Assembly (NCBI GenBank): GCA_003557645.1
Contig: PWNV01000020.1
Location: 78,328 to 142,327 of the forward strand
Direction of reading: 5' to 3'
DNA length: 64,000 nt
DNA from: Candidatus Nealsonbacteria bacterium
GTDB taxonomy: Bacteria; Patescibacteriota; Minisyncoccia; Minisyncoccales; PWPS01
Shown here: piece after piece, positions 59,041-64,000 of the stretch
Numbering within the stretch: the stretch's first letter is position 1
Layout: every line of letters starts with the position of its first letter
Notes under the pieces: model-generated
The model's input: the letters and a program-made list of their open reading frames with translations, nothing else
Told to the model about the DNA's origin: nothing
Database searches by the model: none
Program-made: the position numbers and the translations under genes

Positions 59041-59209
59041 AGTTTTCTATTTTAAATTTTTCATTCTCGACCTTTTATTAGATGATACCCTCCTTTTCTT
59101 TTCTTGTAAACCTATATCTGAGTTTATCATTGCAATCTCTCCCAATACTCTTTCTCTTTTAATTATTAGAAAATATGGTATAATAAAAATCAAAAGGAGG
59201 AGATGATCT

Positions 59210-59668
59210 TTGAAAAATTATAATCCAGAAAAACCATGGACGACAAGAAAGGGAGATACTTTGGAGTTGATGATGTTTAATAATTACTCAACTCTTCAAA
59301 AATGGTTACAGCAAACAAAAGATTCTTTTACAGGGAAAAGAGAAAAAAACAACTATCATCGTCACTTAGAGTGGCTCTTTAAAAAAGGAGAAGATCGTTC
59401 CCCTGTAATGCTCTGCCCACACTGCGGGAAATTACCTGTAAAATATTTCACTATTAGGTATTCCTACGAAATAACTATAAACTGGGAGCATACTTACTGT
59501 GAAAGTTGTGTTGATCTTGCAGAGGGAGTTCCTCTTCAATTTAAGTTCTCTGCGCTGAAAGGAAAAAGTAAGTGGGAACAAGAAAAAATCATAGATCTCT
59601 ATAAGCAGGTCTTTGATATTAAAACGCCCTTAACTAAAAAAAGAGCGTTCCAATTCTTTAAGAGATAA
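59210..59668 (+). CDS. hypothetical protein with Zn ribbon
   Basis: CPHC...CESC; TTG after AGGAGG; terminator at about 59676-59700. Confidence 0.7.
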   Translation: MKNYNPEKPWTTRKGDTLELMMFNNYSTLQKWLQQTKDSFTGKREKNNYHRHLEWLFKKGEDRSPVMLCPHCGKLPVKYFTIRYSYEITINWEHTYCESCVDLAEGVPLQFKFSALKGKSKWEQEKIIDLYKQVFDIKTPLTKKRAFQFFKR

Positions 59669-59700
59669 GTATCACACACCGCAAATCAAGCGGTGTTTTT

Positions 59701-60819
59701 TTAATAGTGCACATAAACCCACGTTCCTTTTCCTCCAAACGGAGAAACTTCTCTTTGATTTGGGAGGAGCTCTGGATCAGACCAGTGAAAAAACCAGTGT
59801 GCGTCGTGAGGACTTAAGTTCACACATCCCGAGCTTTGCACTGTTCCAAAATTGTCGTGCCAATAAGTGCCATGCCAAGCATAATTTCCTGAGAAATAGT
59901 AAATCCACGGAACACTTGCAAAATCATACGCAAAATTTTGACCTTGCATGGGAGCAGCTCTAGTTTTAACCCTGGCCCAAAAAACACCAGTGATAGTTTC
60001 ATGTCCGTATCTGCCCGTAGAAGTCAATGTTGCATAAATCGGATTATCTCCCTCGTGAGCAAATATGACCTGTTCGCTTAAATTAACTTCTATCCATTTA
60101 TCATTTTCTCCAATGTTTGCTGGTCTTTTACCCGGAGTTAAATTACGAACATAAGTACTGTGAACCCATTGATCTTCTGCTATTTTGTACCACACATTAC
60201 CATTAACCACTCTTTCTTCCTGAACTGAAAGTAAGCTGTATTTAGGTAAACGGCCAATCGCGGTATCTTCTCCTATATCTCCTGGGAAAAGTCGCACATT
60301 TAGCGAATCAACATACACCATTGCTAAGCGTTCGTCTAATCGCTCTTTTATCTCTATTCCTTTTAGTCTGGAGAGTATCGCTTCAAAACTTACATTATTT
60401 TCTGTAATCCAGCCAGAGCGTCCCCATCCCCACTCTACCTTGTAAAATTTGCTTCCTTCGATGATAAGCTCTTCAACTACATTCACCCACGCAATCTCAC
60501 TGTTTTGCCTTATAGAATACATTCCAGCCATCGCCATCTCAGCCGAGGAATAAATAGGAGCATTTCTAGTGAGCTTTGCATAGTTTTTTCCTTCAGGGAG
60601 ATACTTGGAAGGATCCGCAACAACACTAAGCTCTCCAGCAATTTCTATCGGCTTATTCTCTTCTTCCTCTCTCTCAATCACTCTTTCCTGTGGTTTAATC
60701 GGTGCCAATACTACAGGTTCTTCGATTTCAGGTACCTCATGAAACCATAAAAAATAAGAGAAGAAAGCTCCATTGAAAATAAAAATTACTAAAATTGTAA
60801 AAATAAAATCTTTACTCAT
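59701..60819 (-). CDS. L,D-transpeptidase with SH3b-like domains
   Basis: IEVNLSEQ, STG....T.TG, HGTYWHDNFG...SSGCVN. Confidence 0.9.
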   Translation of the reverse strand: MSKDFIFTILVIFIFNGAFFSYFLWFHEVPEIEEPVVLAPIKPQERVIEREEEENKPIEIAGELSVVADPSKYLPEGKNYAKLTRNAPIYSSAEMAMAGMYSIRQNSEIAWVNVVEELIIEGSKFYKVEWGWGRSGWITENNVSFEAILSRLKGIEIKERLDERLAMVYVDSLNVRLFPGDIGEDTAIGRLPKYSLLSVQEERVVNGNVWYKIAEDQWVHSTYVRNLTPGKRPANIGENDKWIEVNLSEQVIFAHEGDNPIYATLTSTGRYGHETITGVFWARVKTRAAPMQGQNFAYDFASVPWIYYFSGNYAWHGTYWHDNFGTVQSSGCVNLSPHDAHWFFHWSDPELLPNQREVSPFGGKGTWVYVHY

Positions 60820-60844
60820 AATTCTTTCACATTGTATCACAATT

Positions 60845-61590
60845 TCATAAAAAACAAACTTTCCCATCTCCTATCTCTACTCTCTTTAAGTTAAGTAAGA
60901 CTGCTCCTGGACCGATTATCCTTCCTGCTTCGTGTGCTAAGCTCCTTATGTAGGTTCCACTACTGCAAGATACTGTAATTTTTGCTTCCCAGAAACAGTC
61001 TCTCTCTTGAAATAAGCGCCTCCACTCCTTCTTTATTTCTTCCTGCCTAAAGTCTCCTTCTACTTTTTCTAAACTCTCTAAAATCTCTTTTTCCAATATA
61101 TCTGAAGAAGTTTTCTCTATTTTATTTACTTGCAAGTTATATATATCAACCTCTCTTTCAGGAATCCTGATTTCTTTAAGTCGCTTTTCTAATGCCCATT
61201 TAAAGAGTGGCTTTCCTTTAATTTTGTATGATGAAAAGGGCGGAAGAAGAAAGGAAAATTTTCCCTCAAAAGACAAAAGTGTTTTTTTAATATTTTTTTC
61301 ACTAAGAGCTCCTTTCCCCTTTTTGGGATCCCAAGAATATCATATGTATCAGTATGAAAGCCAAAAAGAAGAGTTGCTTCATACTTTTTATTAAGTTTTA
61401 AATAGTCATCAAAATTTTTTAATTCATTTCCTGCAATCATTAAAAGAACTCCTTCTGCCATCGGATCAAGTCTCCCTGCATAAGCCATCTTAACCTCCTC
61501 GTACTCTGGCTTTCTTTTTTTAAACTCTAAAACAGCATCAAGAGGAGAGATTCCTTTTCTTTTATGAATATAAAAAACTTCTTTCTCCAT
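60845..61590 (-). pseudogene. truB: tRNA pseudouridine synthase B split by a -1 frameshift
   Basis: ORF1 has AGRLDPMAEG and TDTYDILG; ORF2 has PPFSS.K.KGKPL and CSSGTYIRSLA; frames overlap at about 61270-61325. Confidence 0.85.
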
Positions 61591-61594
61591 AGCT

Positions 61595-62680
61595 CTACTT
61601 AATCTTTTCCTCTACCTCTGGGAAAGACTTGCTCTTTACCACTCGAAAAGTCTTTCTTGCCACTGTTTGTCCTATTTCCGTTTTAATGTTTACTCTCCAT
61701 ACTCCAGGCCAAACAGTGCGATAAGTGTACCAACGATATCCAATATCTCTTCCACCAGCAATAAAAAATGGTATCTTTGATACGGTTTCCCATTTTTTGT
61801 TTTCCTCATTATAATATTTCCACTCATGAATCATCTCAAGATCTATCCCTCGTGGCGCAAAAACAGAGCTATAAACATATACTGTTTTCGATGAATCGGT
61901 AACATGAATCTCTTCGTGAGAAAAAAGACATTCATGCCAAGCGCACTCTTCTTCTGCGATTACCCTGTAGTTATCATTAACTCTCTCAACTCCGTGATAA
62001 ACCCCAATATCTCTAAGAGTAAGAGGAATAGGAGGAATAAGGTTGGTGAAATAAAAAATATTCATTAACGCAAAAATTCCTATAATACCAAATCCGTACT
62101 CCTTTCTTTTTTCTCTGATCGACAAACTTCGCGAAGATAATATTTGTAAAAAGAGATGAATTAAAAGCAGGCTCAATGCACCACTTGAAAGAAAGACAAA
62201 AACGCTCAGATCCTTGAAAATATGAGGAAGAATAAGGTTGGTGTAAGAAAATATTGCAAAAAAATAAACACTAACGTGAATTTCTGGACGAACGTTGTAT
62301 TTTCTAAAGACTTCATTGGCAATCATTAAGAAAATCAACTTCAAAATAAATGGCCAACTCGCTGCTATTGATCCACTGTGAGAATAGAAAATTAAAAACG
62401 CACTAAAAAGAACTCCAAAAGAATACTGCAAAGCAAGAGGTGATAAAAGATAGGCATAGGAAAAAAACTTCCCAGGAGATACGCGTGTTTTGTAAAGATT
62501 AAGAACTGAGATTGCACTTCCAATTACTATAAGATGCCCAAAAAGAAGGCTCATCGCTAAAGGAAAATTGATAAAGCGAAAGGTTATTACATCAGTAATG
62601 AAACCAAAAATAAGAGCACCTGGAATTAAGTACCTTTCATATTTATTATAAAATTGGCCAAGCTTTTTTAACTTCTCCAT
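61595..62680 (-). CDS. DUF2914 domain membrane protein
   Basis: multi-TM; IPPIPL, VFAP, H.W, GGR..GYR.Y, G.WRV. Confidence 0.85.
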   Translation of the reverse strand: MEKLKKLGQFYNKYERYLIPGALIFGFITDVITFRFINFPLAMSLLFGHLIVIGSAISVLNLYKTRVSPGKFFSYAYLLSPLALQYSFGVLFSAFLIFYSHSGSIAASWPFILKLIFLMIANEVFRKYNVRPEIHVSVYFFAIFSYTNLILPHIFKDLSVFVFLSSGALSLLLIHLFLQILSSRSLSIREKRKEYGFGIIGIFALMNIFYFTNLIPPIPLTLRDIGVYHGVERVNDNYRVIAEEECAWHECLFSHEEIHVTDSSKTVYVYSSVFAPRGIDLEMIHEWKYYNEENKKWETVSKIPFFIAGGRDIGYRWYTYRTVWPGVWRVNIKTEIGQTVARKTFRVVKSKSFPEVEEKIK

Positions 62681-63642
62681 TTTTTCTTTCCTATCAGTGT
62701 TTGCAAAATCTTTGTTACTGCAAGAAAACTTTCTTCGTCAATAATTGATATTGGTACAGCTTTTTTGTTTATTTTCTTGAATTTTTTAACTAAAGAAGCA
62801 ACAGCTTTTTCAGAAATCTCGTCTTTCTTGCTTATAAAAACATACTCATCCTTTTCCAGTAACTCTTTGTTGTGCATCTTGATTTCTTGCCGCACTGCTC
62901 TGTAGTCCTTGATCGGTGAAGACGAATCAGCTGCAACGAGGTGAAACAGAACCCTCGTTCGCTCTATATGTCTTAAAAATTTAAACCCAAGACCCTTTCC
63001 CTTTGAAGCCCCACTGATAAGCCCAGGGATATCAGCTATGATCAGTTCATTGTAAACTCCAAGATGTGGCTCCAGTGTTGTAAATCGATAATTAGCAACC
63101 TTGCTTTTTGCTCTAGTAAGCTCGTTTAGCAAACTAGATTTCCCAACATTAGGTAGTCCGATTAGACCTACGTCAGCGATCATTTTCAGTTCAAAGCGAA
63201 AGCAGAATGACTTCCCAGATCTTCCCTCTTCTGCTTCTTGAGGGCTGGTGTTAGTCGAGGAACGAAAGTGAAAATTTCCCCTCCCTCCTCTACCACCTCT
63301 TGCAAGCGTTTTTTCTTCATTAATTTTGGTTAACTCGGACACCTCTTCGGTATCAAGATTATAAATAACCGTTCCCACAGGAACATAAAGCCAGAGATCA
63401 TCTCCATTTTTCCCATCTTGATGCTGCGGACCTCCTGGCCTTCCGTCAGGTGCTCGGAACTCTTTCTGAAAACGAAATCTATCAAGAGCGCCAAGATCAG
63501 ATACTGCCCTAACACAAATGTCTCCCCCTTTACCTCCACTTCCTCCTGTTGGGCCAAGTGCTTTTGCTTCTCTATTAAAAAGAACAGCACCATCACCCCC
63601 TTTTCCTGCAGTCACTTTTATTTTTACATCATCAACAAGCAT
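62668..63642 (-). CDS. obgE: GTPase ObgE
   Basis: Gly-rich Obg domain; GLPNVGKS, FTTLEP, DIPGLI.GA..G.GLG..FLRHIER. Confidence 0.97.
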   Translation of the reverse strand: MLVDDVKIKVTAGKGGDGAVLFNREAKALGPTGGSGGKGGDICVRAVSDLGALDRFRFQKEFRAPDGRPGGPQHQDGKNGDDLWLYVPVGTVIYNLDTEEVSELTKINEEKTLARGGRGGRGNFHFRSSTNTSPQEAEEGRSGKSFCFRFELKMIADVGLIGLPNVGKSSLLNELTRAKSKVANYRFTTLEPHLGVYNELIIADIPGLISGASKGKGLGFKFLRHIERTRVLFHLVAADSSSPIKDYRAVRQEIKMHNKELLEKDEYVFISKKDEISEKAVASLVKKFKKINKKAVPISIIDEESFLAVTKILQTLIGKKKWRS

Positions 63643-63738
63643 AATAATTTAATTTTATCACTGAAATCATGATATTGCCATAATATTGTAATATTTTTTT
63701 AAATGGAGTATACTCCTCACTATAATCTAACCTCATTT

Positions 63739-64000
63739 ATGAAAGATTTAAAAACAATTGTAAACTACTCTAAAAGTAAAGGATTCATCTTCCCTTCCTC
63801 GGAAATATACGGTGGCTTTTCTGCAATATACGACTTTGGTCCTCTTGGAACAGAGCTAAAAAACAATGTAAAGCACTTGTGGTGGAAGGAGATGGTATGG
63901 GAGAATAAGAACGTTGTTGGTCTTGATTCTTCCATTTTTATGCACCCTAAAATCTGGGAAGCAAGCGGGCATGTTTCTGGGTTTAGCGACCCTCTTGTTG
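63739..64000 (+). CDS. glyQS: glycine--tRNA ligase (alpha2 type), 5' part, truncated by the window edge
   Basis: MKDLKTIVNYSKSKGFIFPSSEIYGG..YDFGPLG.ELKNNVK..WEASGHV..FSDPLV. Confidence 0.93.
   Translation, partial: MKDLKTIVNYSKSKGFIFPSSEIYGGFSAIYDFGPLGTELKNNVKHLWWKEMVWENKNVVGLDSSIFMHPKIWEASGHVSGFSDPLV

Noticed and set aside
105..63672. Many Ser/Phe-rich + strand ORFs
   Set aside because: Antisense shadows of Glu/Lys-rich minus-strand genes.
1..64000. CRISPR array or cas operon
   Set aside because: No repeat-spacer array seen. The PD-(D/E)XK gene at 54267-55043 has no cas neighbours, so it was not called cas4.
1..64000. Alternative genetic code (TGA read as Gly/Trp)
   Set aside because: Core genes are intact under code 11, several end in TGA, and prfB is present.

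Overview
Chromosomal window of an AT-rich, small-genome bacterium that uses the standard genetic code. Gene content suggests Patescibacteria/CPR (Parcubacteria-like): archaeal/eukaryote-type ProRS and GlyRS, DUF2914, many single-TM surface proteins, few biosynthetic genes. That assignment is inferred, not searched. Nearly all genes lie on the minus strand. The core block holds ftsEX, prfB with its +1 frameshift, a DivIC-like gene, lepA, murJ, rnpB, proS, truB (frameshifted), obgE, partial glyQS, ddl, HU, two peptide deformylases and tRNA-Gln/Thr/Gly. Strongest candidates for new biology: (1) a divergent five-gene nucleotide-modification cluster at 31049-34872 (thymidylate-synthase homolog, two QueC-like paralogs, CYTH enzyme, NMP kinase) with no other queuosine genes in the window; (2) a ~1.2 kb mini-island at tRNA-Gln whose FISUMP gene ends in a sequence signature like a DGR variable region, with no RT or template in the window; (3) tandem non-canonical Gre-family genes whose 5' and 3' UTRs are complementary through different, gene-specific inverted repeats; (4) an unusual expression grammar: a perfect AAAGGTCG leader motif, 16-bp-spacer promoters, and a separate class of SD-led orphan genes with a boxA-like element; (5) a promoter-flanked multi-hairpin ncRNA candidate at about 24.0-24.4 kb. 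Family calls come from motif recognition by eye; no database search was run.
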